Virus record (IMG/VR): IMGVR_UViG_3300045961_000282
Coordinates: 142,258-206,257 of that record
DNA length: 64,000 nt
Reading direction: 5' to 3' (one strand)
The position numbers and the translations under genes are program-made. Under the pieces are notes generated by a model. The model ran no database searches. It saw only the letters and a list, made by a program, of their open reading frames with translations, and had not been told where the DNA came from. Positions 9,248 to 18,611 of the stretch are shown here, piece after piece (within the stretch, counting starts at the first letter, position 1; every line of letters begins with the position of its first letter).

Positions 9248-10207
9248 TCACCAGTCCCGCACCGGCACCATCGCTCGCCCGATCAAGTAGGTCCCCGCCT
9301 CGGTGTGGATGTCGACGTACTCCTTGGGTTCGATGTCGGCGCTGGCATGGACGTAGTAGGCCGGGCGCACCTCGTTCGGGCGCTTGTTCGGCGCCGCCGC
9401 GCGGGCCACGGCGAGGTCGATGTCCCGCAGGTACATCCGCACCGGGTCGATCAGCACGCGGGTCAACGACTGGGTTGAGTTGTGCACCGCCGAGGACCGC
9501 CAGCCCAGTGAGGTCGCCACCTCGGCCAGTGCGTTGACGATCTCAGGGCGCCGGGAGCGGATCACGACGTGGCGGCGCAGGCCGCGGTTGAACACACCCT
9601 TGCCATCGAGCGCCCCGGCCATCAAGTCACGGCGCACCTCCACAGGCGCCCGCCGGTACGCGAGCGCGACCGGCTCGGAGAAGGCGTCGATGCGATGCAG
9701 CCGCTCCAGCAGCCCATCGACGTAGAGGTAGGCGTGCTTGCCGTGGGCAGTGCGGCGGCGAACCTTCAGGCCGCGGGCCTCGATCATCTCGGCGGCCCGG
9801 TCGGCGAGATTGGCCGGAACCGACACCGCATCCTCGATGCCGGTGGTCCGCCACAAACCATACGTCCACGGATCGAGCGGCGGCCCGGCCTCGAGCCAGT
9901 CCTCGGGGATCTCCCCGATGAGCGCGATCCGCTCGGTCACCACCGGGTCGCGGCGCTCGGCCTCGCCGGGCCACGCCTTCATCGACACCCACGCAGTTCC
10001 CAGCACGAGGTCGTGGTCGGTCGAGCAGCGGATCGGCGGGCCGGAGATCCGCAGTTCGGTGGCTCGGGGCGGGGTCTCGCGGGCTACGCGCGCGACCGGG
10101 GTCGGCTTGCCGGAGGAGTCATAGAGCAGGTCGCCGGGAGCCGCGCGCCACGCCTCGATCCATCCGGTCGGGGAGACCAGCGGGGTCTCGGGATGGATGC
10201 TCGGCAT
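9248..10207 (-). CDS. Free-standing degenerate intein (Hint + LAGLIDADG-like) without exteins
   Basis: SIHPETPLVSPTGW (block A), STDH (B), LDPWTYGLW (C), LMAGALDGKG (E), YVDI...YLIG..MVPVRD (F/G, no terminal HN). Confidence 0.7.
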   Translation of the reverse strand: MPSIHPETPLVSPTGWIEAWRAAPGDLLYDSSGKPTPVARVARETPPRATELRISGPPIRCSTDHDLVLGTAWVSMKAWPGEAERRDPVVTERIALIGEIPEDWLEAGPPLDPWTYGLWRTTGIEDAVSVPANLADRAAEMIEARGLKVRRRTAHGKHAYLYVDGLLERLHRIDAFSEPVALAYRRAPVEVRRDLMAGALDGKGVFNRGLRRHVVIRSRRPEIVNALAEVATSLGWRSSAVHNSTQSLTRVLIDPVRMYLRDIDLAVARAAAPNKRPNEVRPAYYVHASADIEPKEYVDIHTEAGTYLIGRAMVPVRDW

Positions 10208-10486
10208 GAGCGAACCATAGCAATGTCAGCCCAGCACGGCGTGGATGGTGTGCCTGTCTCCAACTGTCATTCGGCTGATCTTCACCACCTCGATGTCGCG
10301 GCGCGCGTTGAGGGACTCAAGGATGTCGCCCAGCGCGATCTCGGCCTGCGCCTCGGTCCCAGTGATGTCCACGTTGATCTGCATGAGGAAGGAGGCTACC
10401 TGCTCGTGTTGATTCTGTCAGCCCCCTTGTGCTATGCTTATTCCTGTGAGCGAGGGAAAGTCCCTCCCCAACGAAAGGAAACCCCC

Positions 10487-10666
10487 ATGCAGGTGAACGT
10501 CCCGGTCCCCTTCCCCGGCACTGCCGAGGAACGCGCCGCCAACCGCGCGACCCACTTCTTCGGCGGGATCGACGGGCGGTGCTTCGACTGCGACAGCCGC
10601 CCCACTCACGTGGCCGCCGACTACCCGTGCTGTGTCGAGCCGCCACGGATGTGGATCACCCGCTGA
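10487..10666 (+). CDS. 59-aa Cys-containing protein
   Basis: Own promoter, hairpin leader, GAAAGGA RBS and terminator. Confidence 0.7.
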   Translation: MQVNVPVPFPGTAEERAANRATHFFGGIDGRCFDCDSRPTHVAADYPCCVEPPRMWITR

Positions 10667-10741
10667 CCCGATAGAGAACCCCCTCGACCAGATACCGGTC
10701 GGGGGGGTTTTCTGTGCTCGCCTCCGTGAGCCGCCGCCAGC

Positions 10742-11659
10742 CTACCGCCAGAACTCGGGCACGGAGTGGTCGTGGTCCGTGCGGCGACACCACGGCGACG
10801 CCTCGCGCCACTTGTGGGCGTAGGACAGCGGCTCGTCGGTGTAGTCGTCGTAGTCCATCCCTTGGTGCTCGCACCACGCTCGATGCGCCGCCCGCGTGCA
10901 CTCGGGGCGGGTCCACTGGCCCAGCCCCCGCAGCAGCGCCCGCACCTCACGTGCGCGCGACCGGTGGGCTGGGGTGAACGTGCACGCCTCGACCACCAGT
11001 TCGTGGTGCATCGACCCCGGGATGGGCCGGGTGTCGGATTCCTCCCAGTTATAGCAGTCCGGCGGCAGGGCGCCCTTGCGCCACATCGTCACCGCCGTCA
11101 TCCGGCTCGGCCCCCACTCGTGGTGCAGCCGCATGAACAGGGCGTCCACCGCGTCGAACGTGTTGCGGTTGACCCACTTGTTCTCCTTGCGCGGGATGGT
11201 CATGCCCGCCCGCTCCTCGAGGATGTCCTCGGTCCAGCCCAGCGCCATCAGTGCGCGGACCTGCCACAGCGTCCACTCCGCCGGGAACCGCTTGGCGTCG
11301 CGAACCATAAGGGCCGGGTTGGACTTCACCTTCTCGACCGTCAGCAGCAGCGTGCGTTCCGTGCTGCGCGCGACGTTGACCCGGCCCGGCGTGAGCACGC
11401 GGTCCAGCGCCCGGCGCTCCATCCCGGAGATGGCCTCGATCTGGGTCCACCGCAGGCCCTGCCCCCGCAGCCACGTCAGGGCCTCGACCGACGTCGCTGC
11501 CGGAACCCGGTCGTAGTCGCTGGGTATCCCCGCCTTCAGGCGCGCCCGACGCGCTCGCCACGTTTCCGCGTGGGCGTCCTTGCAGGGGCGACAGCGGCAG
11601 CCAAGTGAGTAAGAACTCTGTGACGGTGCGCTACATGTAAAGTCTTCATCTGTGCTCAA
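10742..11659 (-). CDS. Zn-finger (GCRC..C) and HTH-like protein
   Basis: YSLGCRCRPC motif, followed by HTH-like GLRWTQIEAISG; start uncertain. Confidence 0.7.
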   Translation of the reverse strand: MSTDEDFTCSAPSQSSYSLGCRCRPCKDAHAETWRARRARLKAGIPSDYDRVPAATSVEALTWLRGQGLRWTQIEAISGMERRALDRVLTPGRVNVARSTERTLLLTVEKVKSNPALMVRDAKRFPAEWTLWQVRALMALGWTEDILEERAGMTIPRKENKWVNRNTFDAVDALFMRLHHEWGPSRMTAVTMWRKGALPPDCYNWEESDTRPIPGSMHHELVVEACTFTPAHRSRAREVRALLRGLGQWTRPECTRAAHRAWCEHQGMDYDDYTDEPLSYAHKWREASPWCRRTDHDHSVPEFWR

Positions 11660-11739
11660 AGTTCCCCAACCTACTTTCTCTGGTCTGAACTTGTGTACGC
11701 TATCGTTGCCGCTGTTCACAGTGAAACAGGAGGTCGGCC

Positions 11740-12555
11740 ATGAGTTATCCATGCGAGGTCGAAGGTTGCCATCGGGGAGATGCATCCCGCCTCAGGGGAA
11801 CGGAGGGCCCCCGCTTGTGCACCACCCACAAGCGGCAAATCAAGACGCGGGGCGAGGTGTGGCTGGTGGAAAAGTGGGTGAAGCCGCCCACCTGCGAAGG
11901 ACCGGAATGCGACCGGGAGCCGAGGTTGCGCATCAAGGAAAGCGGGATCTGGCTGTGCAACTCCCACCGAATGCAACTGGCGAACGGGAAGCCGCTGACT
12001 CCGATCGGATCGACAGTTCATCGCGCCCCTGCGCGACCGGAACGCCTCGCCCGAGAGTCCGACAAGGATCTGGCCCTGCGGCAGATGGTGGTCACCCCCG
12101 AACTGATCGGGAGGTTCTGGAGCAAGGTGGACGTTCGGGGAAGGGATGAGTGCTGGGAATGGAAGGCGTCGTTGACGGCGAGCGGATATGGGCAGTTCAG
12201 CCTTCGCTTCAAAGGCAAGTCCGTTCCTGTACCCGCCCACCGCGTGGCCAGAAGGTTCACCGAGGACGTGTCGGGGAAATGGGTGCTCCACTCCTGCGAC
12301 AACCCCCCGTGCGTGAATCCTCAACACCTGCGGGTGGGGACGTCGAGCGACAACAACTCGGACATGGTCAAACGTGATCGTCATGTCTACGGCTCACGCA
12401 ATCCCGTGGCCAAGGTGTCCGAAGAGCAGGTCAGCGAGATCAAGGCGCGCATCCGTGCCGGAGAACAGTTCACGGTGATCGCCGAGGACTACCCGATCTC
12501 TGCAGCGGGAATCGGGCACATCGCCGCTGGTCGCTCGTGGCGCCACGTCGAGTGA
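11740..12555 (+). CDS. HNH homing endonuclease
   Basis: FWSKV..CWEW, VLHSCDNPPCVNPQHL..GT..DN, C-terminal HTH. Confidence 0.92.
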   Translation: MSYPCEVEGCHRGDASRLRGTEGPRLCTTHKRQIKTRGEVWLVEKWVKPPTCEGPECDREPRLRIKESGIWLCNSHRMQLANGKPLTPIGSTVHRAPARPERLARESDKDLALRQMVVTPELIGRFWSKVDVRGRDECWEWKASLTASGYGQFSLRFKGKSVPVPAHRVARRFTEDVSGKWVLHSCDNPPCVNPQHLRVGTSSDNNSDMVKRDRHVYGSRNPVAKVSEEQVSEIKARIRAGEQFTVIAEDYPISAAGIGHIAAGRSWRHVE

Positions 12556-12586
12556 CTGGGTTCCACACGCGGGCAACGGCGGCCTC

Positions 12587-13012
12587 CTACTGGGCGAAGG
12601 GCATGAAGTAGACCTCGATGAGTTCGTGCTCCAACAGGTGGAGGACCTGATCGAGAACCGAGAGCGTAGTGGACAGGTGAGCCCGGGCGCGCGACACGTC
12701 CATCGGGTTCGGGTTGCTTCCGTCGCGCATCAGCCGACCGATGGCGTCGTCGGCCTTGATCACCCGGATGCGCGCACGCGAGAAGGTGTCGGCGACGAAC
12801 TGGGGATGGTGGCCCGCGGCGATCTCGAGGCTGTCGTCGCCCGCCTCCTCGAGTTTGGTCATCAGGGTCACCACCCCGGCCAGTCGGTACCCGGCGTCGG
12901 CGAGGATGCGCTCGTTGGCCAGCGCGGCGTAGGTGTCCAGATGCAGCAGGGCGCTGGTGATCCCCTCCACCGCCTCGCGGATCAACGGGAGGAGGATGCG
13001 GTTGTCGGTCAC
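12587..13012 (-). CDS. Hypothetical protein
   Basis: Last gene of a coupled minus-strand operon. Confidence 0.7.
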   Translation of the reverse strand: MTDNRILLPLIREAVEGITSALLHLDTYAALANERILADAGYRLAGVVTLMTKLEEAGDDSLEIAAGHHPQFVADTFSRARIRVIKADDAIGRLMRDGSNPNPMDVSRARAHLSTTLSVLDQVLHLLEHELIEVYFMPFAQ

Positions 13013-13398
13013 CGCAGGGCAGTCCTCGGAAGTGCGTACACCTCGGATCCAGCGAGGAGCGTCCCGGCGTAGGCAACCGAGCGGGCGAGGATGTCGACCT
13101 CGTCGCGCAGCGATCCGACCGGGACGATGCGGTCGGTCAGGTGCCGATGCGCCATGTACGCGCGCGACCGGAGATCGGTGAGCAGCGAGGTCGGGTCGAA
13201 CGGGCTGACCACGACCGCCCCGCCAAGGAGCACCACGACGTTCGACAGGGACTCATGGGCGATCTGTACCTGCTTGTGCGCTTCGGTCCAATCGGCCTCG
13301 TCACCGCGACGGGTGTAGGCGTTCAGCAGCGCTCCTGCCCCGCTCAGCCTGATCTCGGCGCGGGCCACCAGTTGCTCGATCTCGTCGCCGAGCCTCAT
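13009..13398 (-). CDS. Hypothetical protein
   Basis: ATGA/GTGA coupling on both sides. Confidence 0.7.
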   Translation of the reverse strand: MRLGDEIEQLVARAEIRLSGAGALLNAYTRRGDEADWTEAHKQVQIAHESLSNVVVLLGGAVVVSPFDPTSLLTDLRSRAYMAHRHLTDRIVPVGSLRDEVDILARSVAYAGTLLAGSEVYALPRTALR

Positions 13399-13880
13399 CG
13401 CATCGGCCCCCAGACCTCGCGGACCGACCCGTCGGGCAACTCGATGCGCTCGTGGGACATCCAGCGCACCGGGCAGCGCAGCGGGTAGTGCGGGATGGGG
13501 CGCCCCATGCTGTGCACGGCTCCTCGTGCGGTGTCGACGGAGATCCACTCGGTGAACATCCCGTCGGGCATCAAGTGGACCTCGATCCGCTCGGCGGCGT
13601 GGATCGTGCCGTTCAGGTAGTGGCGCATGTCCCCGACGGTGATCCTCCCGTGGATCACCGCGTCGATCTCGATCTTGGCCTGGGACAGGCCGAACCGGAA
13701 AAGCATCAGGTCGTTCGGGTAGCCGATGTAGGTCACACCCTGCGGATCACGCAGCACATCGAGGTCGTCGGCCAGTTGGACAAACTCCTCGTGGCGAGCC
13801 GGTCCGTTGGGCATCCGGAAGATCATGTCCATCCGCTCCAACAGCGGGACTGTGAAGTCCGCGGCGTTCAGCGCGCCCAT
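13395..13880 (-). CDS. Hypothetical protein
   Basis: Operon context, high GC3. Confidence 0.7.
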   Translation of the reverse strand: MGALNAADFTVPLLERMDMIFRMPNGPARHEEFVQLADDLDVLRDPQGVTYIGYPNDLMLFRFGLSQAKIEIDAVIHGRITVGDMRHYLNGTIHAAERIEVHLMPDGMFTEWISVDTARGAVHSMGRPIPHYPLRCPVRWMSHERIELPDGSVREVWGPMR

Positions 13881-14239
13881 ACGGGTCCCCCATCACTCAG
13901 CGTCGGGAACCGCGAATCCGGCGGCATGGCATGACCCTCGACCCGGCGCGCGAGGTTGAGGGCGGCTTGGACGAAGGTGAGCGCCCACACCCCGGTGGTG
14001 GGGTCGAAGCGGTTCTCGAGGATCGCGCGGATCTCCTCCTCGGCCCGGTACAGGTGCGCGCACATCTCCTCCAGCACCTCAGCCGGGGCGACGTAGTGCA
14101 CCCGCCTCCCCTCGCGGACGCGCCGCAGGTCGTCGGCGATGGCGCGAAGTCGAACCGGGTCGTTGGGCAGGGTGTTCAGCGCCGCCTGCAGGTCGTCGGC
14201 CAGCGGCTCGATCTGCCGGTAGACGCTCGTCATGCCCAC
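13868..14239 (-). CDS. Hypothetical protein
   Basis: Operon context. Confidence 0.7.
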   Translation of the reverse strand: MGMTSVYRQIEPLADDLQAALNTLPNDPVRLRAIADDLRRVREGRRVHYVAPAEVLEEMCAHLYRAEEEIRAILENRFDPTTGVWALTFVQAALNLARRVEGHAMPPDSRFPTLSDGGPVWAR

Positions 14240-14613
14240 TCCCGGCCCTTCTGGTCCACGGCGATGATCCAGTTCGTCCTCGGCAGGACATGGACCTCGA
14301 TCTCGGTCGCGGCGGCGTACGCCTCGGTGAGGAAGTGCATCGCCCAGTGCTGGGCCTCCTCGACCTCAGTGCCGTTGCGGGCGGTCATCAGCAGGGAGAT
14401 CTCTCTCTTGGTCCGATCGAGGTTGATCCGCAGGGTCCGCTCCCGACCGAGCGGCCCGACGTAGACGAAGGACGATCCCTGAGCCAGCCGGTAGAGGGTG
14501 TCAACAATGGCATACAGCGGAGTCTTATCGTTGTGGCACACCTTGAAGGCCGAGCGCAGGTCCTCGATGATCGGACCCACCATCGAGTCGGCAGTGGTAG
14601 TAGTGGTGATCAT
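14230..14613 (-). CDS. Hypothetical protein, leaderless
   Basis: TGCTATGCT 6 nt before ATG. Confidence 0.7.
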   Translation of the reverse strand: MITTTTTADSMVGPIIEDLRSAFKVCHNDKTPLYAIVDTLYRLAQGSSFVYVGPLGRERTLRINLDRTKREISLLMTARNGTEVEEAQHWAMHFLTEAYAAATEIEVHVLPRTNWIIAVDQKGREWA

Positions 14614-14724
14614 CCCCAAAGCATAGCAGGCCGGTCGCGCGCACCCGGGGGGCTCGAATCCACGACCCGACATGACAGAGGCCCCGAACCGCTTGACACG
14701 GGTCGGGGCCTCTGAAAAGGTTTG

Positions 14725-15243
14725 GTCCGTCTACGACAACCTCTGGGTCCCATGGTAATCCCGAACCGTGGCGCACGTCAAGCGTATTGACGCCCTGAGC
14801 GCGATGATCTGGGGCAGACCGTGGATATGCAGAGAGACCCTCCTGCATACAGGGAGCCGGGGATAGCAAGGGACCTCCGTCTTTGATCGGGAGGCCCCCC
14901 TACGAAATAGGGGGAGAAGGCCGTCAGAGGGCTAGTCAAGTTGAGCGTCCACCCGAGCGGGTTTCAGGAGCACCATCCCGCCACAGGCACAGAGGTGGGC
15001 GCATTGTTATGGCCCCGCAGGGATGCGGGATCCCAGCAGACCGTGCTGGCAGGGAGTAATCGCCCTGTCTATGGGCGCACCCGAGAGGTGCGTGCGGAAC
15101 ATCCGCCCTTGAGAATCCTCAGTTGCCGTACCCAGTTCAACGATTGCTAATCCGCGAACTGGGTCGGCTCCTTGAGGATCGACCAGAACCCGCAGATCAA
15201 GGCCTCCCATGGGTTCCACAGATACAGGGAACTGCGGGACCCG
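14725..15243 (+). ncRNA. Candidate large structured non-coding RNA (~520 nt)
   Basis: Ten or more hairpins or nested stems, several GNRA-type loops on +, hairpin-type TTGACA promoter upstream, no convincing CDS. Confidence 0.5.
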
Positions 15244-15480
15244 CTAGATCTGCAGGTGCTTCCTGATATTGCTTTCCGTAACAGCCTTCCCACTCATCTC
15301 AAGTTCCATCGCCGCCATCAGCACGGCTCGATCAAGTGGGTCCATGGCGAGGAGCGCGTCCAAGGTTGGTCCTCCGCCCGCTTGAATGTCGGCTAGTAGC
15401 GCTCTGTTCCGCTCCTTGTTCGTCTCCATCCGAACCTCTCGGCTGGGTGGACGCTTGCGCTTCTTGCTCTTTGGACTCAC
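15244..15480 (-). CDS. Small basic hypothetical protein
   Basis: TAAGAT just upstream of GTG (leaderless). Confidence 0.55.
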   Translation of the reverse strand: MSPKSKKRKRPPSREVRMETNKERNRALLADIQAGGGPTLDALLAMDPLDRAVLMAAMELEMSGKAVTESNIRKHLQI

Positions 15481-15726
15481 GTGGAAATCTTATCAACCGA
15501 CCCACCTCGCGTAGGGGCGCGCGACCGGAAAGCGATCGCTCGAGGTCCTCCGTCTTCACTGAACATCGGGATATGGTTCGCCCATGTCTTCTCCGCCGCG
15601 CCTGTCCATCCAGCGCCCCGGCCAGCAGCCGACCTACTGTGCTGGCTGCGGGAAGTGGCCAGCCGATCACAACGGCCCTGATGGCGCCCGCTACTGCGGC
15701 GACTGCCATAAGCGACTGTTCGGGTC

Positions 15727-16380
15727 CTAGGAGGAGAACAACTGCCCCTGCGCCACAGCCTCGCGGGCGGCGGCGTTGACCTGCTTGGCCAGTTTCCGCG
15801 CCTCAGCAGCCGTCAGGTGCAGCGGGCCGTTGGAGGTGTGCACCAGAACCTCACCATCGACAGCAGCGGCGTGGAAGTGCGCCCGCCCCGGCAGCACCTC
15901 GAAGCAGGTGTCGGGGCCGTCGGGCACCACCACCCGCAGGCCGGTCGCGCGCAGGGCGGCGGCGATCTCCTCGGGGTCGCCGATCCAGTGCAGGAACAGC
16001 GAATCCACCAAGTCGTTGTAGACCGTCAGTCGGGCGGTGATGGAGTCGGCAGCAGCCTCCTCGGCGTGGGCCTCCATCCACTCCAGCGCCGCCTCATCGT
16101 CCTCGGGAAGGCGGTCCCAGAAGTCGTCGGTCTGCGGCATCGCATCGGCGTCGCCCAAGAAGGCTCGGGAGTCCGTCTGCTCGTGCCACCAGATCGTCTT
16201 GAGGTCCTCGGGGAACTCGCCGTCGGCGCCGACCTGCCGGGCGATCTCAGTCCATCCGCACGTCGCGCAGCACATCTCCCACGCGGCGGGCATGATCAGG
16301 TAGTCCCGAAGGGCCAGTTCCGCCAGCGCCGCGGCGAGACGCTCGCGGTCGTTCGCATGTTCGCGCGACCGGTTGCTCAT
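15727..16380 (-). CDS. Hypothetical protein with CCxxCG motif (DUF6891-like)
   Basis: EMCCATCGWTEI...WWHEQ...LFLHWIG; family recalled, not searched. Confidence 0.7.
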   Translation of the reverse strand: MSNRSREHANDRERLAAALAELALRDYLIMPAAWEMCCATCGWTEIARQVGADGEFPEDLKTIWWHEQTDSRAFLGDADAMPQTDDFWDRLPEDDEAALEWMEAHAEEAAADSITARLTVYNDLVDSLFLHWIGDPEEIAAALRATGLRVVVPDGPDTCFEVLPGRAHFHAAAVDGEVLVHTSNGPLHLTAAEARKLAKQVNAAAREAVAQGQLFSS

Positions 16381-16497
16381 GGGCAGCACGGTAACCCAGC
16401 GTCGTGACCCAAGGGTTTGCTTTCTTGCAACCAGATTCCGTTGACACGGGCGCGGCGAACTTGCAGTGCTGCACCAATTGGTCCAATCTGGTGTCCC

Positions 16498-16899
16498 ATG
16501 ACGGTGACGGTTATGGTTGTTCAGCAGGATCTGACCCTCTGGCACCTGCACAGTGCGTGCGCCGACCCGGACATCTCCGCCGACATATGGTTTGACGACG
16601 CCGACACCGCGCGCCGGATCTGTGGTCGCTGCCCCGTGCGCAACGCCTGCCTGCAATATGCGATGGACGTCGAGGCTGACGGCGAACGGCTGCATGGAGT
16701 GTGGGGCGGATTGAGTCCCATCCAACGGCAGCGACTGCGCGAGAATCCCGAATCGCTGGATCGAATGCGCCGCGTGAGGTCCAAGACCCGGCTGCGCTCC
16801 CTGCCCTCACCGCGGATCAAAGCCGAGCAGCCACAACCGAAGCACGAACTCCACCCCGTCCAACTGACCCTGATTGATTTGACTCAGCACACCGCCTAG
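16498..16899 (+). CDS. whiB: WhiB-family transcription factor
   Basis: Four Cys (SAC, ICGRC, AC) and GVWGGLS turn; exact start uncertain. Confidence 0.92.
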   Translation: MTVTVMVVQQDLTLWHLHSACADPDISADIWFDDADTARRICGRCPVRNACLQYAMDVEADGERLHGVWGGLSPIQRQRLRENPESLDRMRRVRSKTRLRSLPSPRIKAEQPQPKHELHPVQLTLIDLTQHTA

Positions 16900-16960
16900 C
16901 GTATAGTTGTTCCTGTGAGCGAGGGAAGGACCCTCGCCCGAATGAAAGGGAACAACCACC

Positions 16961-17107
16961 ATGAGCAACAACAACCGCCGCCCGCAGGCCTCCAAGCGCA
17001 ACCGCGACGAGGCCTACCACAAGGCCTACGACCTCTGGGCCGCCGAGCAGGCCTACCAGCAGATGCTGGAGGAGTGGGAGCAGGACCTGCTCTACACCGA
17101 GCACTGA
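16961..17107 (+). CDS. 48-aa protein (MSNNNRRPQ...)
   Basis: Hand-translated; hairpin-leader cassette with terminator. Confidence 0.65.
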   Translation: MSNNNRRPQASKRNRDEAYHKAYDLWAAEQAYQQMLEEWEQDLLYTEH

Positions 17108-17156
17108 GGCAAAAAGCGAACCCCCCGTACCGAACTGGTACGGGGGGTTCGTCGTC

Positions 17157-17552
17157 TCAGCGGTTCGGCGAGAAGTGCGGGTCCTCCGTGAGCAGCACGC
17201 CCGCCATCCACGCGGCCATCGCGCCGGGCTGGGGTTCGATGTATCCCCGCCACGGCCTGTCGAAGATCATGGCATCTCCTTCATCGCGATAGCGGCTTGC
17301 CCCCATCAGCACTTCGCGCCGCCCGTCCGGCAGGCCGGTGCCCACCTTGTCGAGCACGGCCACGACGTAGAAGCGCCCCGACCCCCGCATCGGCGAGCGA
17401 GCGCGCACGCCCACGTGGCCGTCGGAGAAGGTCTCGACCTTGGTGACCTCGGCGCCGGGGACCAGCAGCGGGATCAATCGCTTGAGCAGCCAGTAGGGCG
17501 GCTCCTCAGCATCCACCGGAGCAGCGGCGCGAAGATCGGCGAGAAGGCTCAT
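17157..17552 (-). CDS. Hypothetical protein
   Basis: GAGGA RBS, high GC3. Confidence 0.7.
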   Translation of the reverse strand: MSLLADLRAAAPVDAEEPPYWLLKRLIPLLVPGAEVTKVETFSDGHVGVRARSPMRGSGRFYVVAVLDKVGTGLPDGRREVLMGASRYRDEGDAMIFDRPWRGYIEPQPGAMAAWMAGVLLTEDPHFSPNR

Positions 17553-17713
17553 GGGTCCTCACGGGAAAAGGGGAGAGCCCCAGTCTACGGGGGGGTCGAC
17601 TGGGGCTCTCAGGCCGGACGAACGAAGTGTCCCTGATCGACGGGGGAGCAGATCTGGGTCCTTCATGAGTTCGTGCCGAACAAAAGGAATGCTAACCGAA
17701 CCCCGCGCTGGGG

Positions 17714-17959
17714 TCAAGCCAGCACGTCGCCGGGCAGCACGGGGCCAGCGATCCGCTCGCCGTTGACGTCGAGGATCACGATGGGGTTGGGCGCCTCGGA
17801 GAACATCGCCGGGCGCACAACGGTGACCAGCGTTCCCTCGATGGCGAAGTCGCCGCTGTTCAGCCGGATGTACGAACCGACCATCGTCTGGAGCAGGGCG
17901 AAGCGCGTCGCTGGGTCATGGGGAAGGACCAGCGGAGCCCGGCAAGCCGTGGTGCTCAT
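17714..17959 (-). CDS. Hypothetical protein
   Basis: GAGG RBS before MSTTAC. Confidence 0.6.
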   Translation of the reverse strand: MSTTACRAPLVLPHDPATRFALLQTMVGSYIRLNSGDFAIEGTLVTVVRPAMFSEAPNPIVILDVNGERIAGPVLPGDVLA

Positions 17960-18063
17960 GGTTCCCACCTCTCTCCTTCTCGAGGCTCGAGTCTGATCTC
18001 GTGCCCGACAAACCATACTGTCACACAAGAAAAGACCCATGTCAAGAACAGGCGCGCCAACTT

Positions 18064-18270
18064 TCAACAATCCGATTCCGGCTCCTCGAGCCCCTTCTCA
18101 GGCGCGCGCGACCGGCGCCGATTCCACCAGAGACGGATCGGGACGATGGCGAAAACGCCGATGGCTAGGGCGATCTCGGCCAGCAGCGACCACACAAGGG
18201 TTGCAAACTGATCTGGAGTCAGGGCCAAAGGAAAAGCCCCCTCGACCAGCAGGTCGAGGGGGCTTTCCAT
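18064..18270 (-). CDS. Small membrane protein
   Basis: GGAG RBS, one TM segment. Confidence 0.55.
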   Translation of the reverse strand: MESPLDLLVEGAFPLALTPDQFATLVWSLLAEIALAIGVFAIVPIRLWWNRRRSRAPEKGLEEPESDC

Positions 18271-18282
18271 GCTTGCTCCGGG

Positions 18283-18432
18283 TTATCGCTCTTTCAGGCC
18301 GACGATTGCGAGGACTCCGGCGAACCCAAGGGTGAGCGCGGCGTCCATGTCGTCAATGACATCGAGGATGCCCAGAACGGATGCTCCAACGCCCATCACC
18401 ACCGCGGAGATGGTGACGTAGGCAGGTCTCAC
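18283..18432 (-). CDS. Small membrane protein
   Basis: GTGA-coupled to 18429; two hydrophobic segments. Confidence 0.55.
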   Translation of the reverse strand: MRPAYVTISAVVMGVGASVLGILDVIDDMDAALTLGFAGVLAIVGLKER

Positions 18433-18611
18433 AGTTCTTCGTCCAGCGTCACCGAGACGACGCGCTGGATCGGGACGGCCAGAACGACGACCCCGACCTC
18501 GGGGTCGATGATCTTGGCCCACGCCGGATCAAGGCTGACCTTGCCCGGTGCGGACTCGGCGAGGATCTTTCCATCACCCTGCTCGTACTCGATGGTCCAT
18601 GACTGATTCAT
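18429..18611 (-). CDS. Hypothetical protein
   Basis: A/C-rich leader and GAAGGAG RBS. Confidence 0.7.
   Translation of the reverse strand: MNQSWTIEYEQGDGKILAESAPGKVSLDPAWAKIIDPEVGVVVLAVPIQRVVSVTLDEEL

Noticed and set aside
14641-14675. GGCTCGAATCC resembling a tRNA T-loop
   Set aside because: No acceptor or anticodon stems can be built
14725-15243. Group I/II intron, tmRNA or RNase P
   Set aside because: No interrupted gene, no ordered P/Q/R/S or domain V motifs, no tRNA-like ends, no GAGGAAAGUCC
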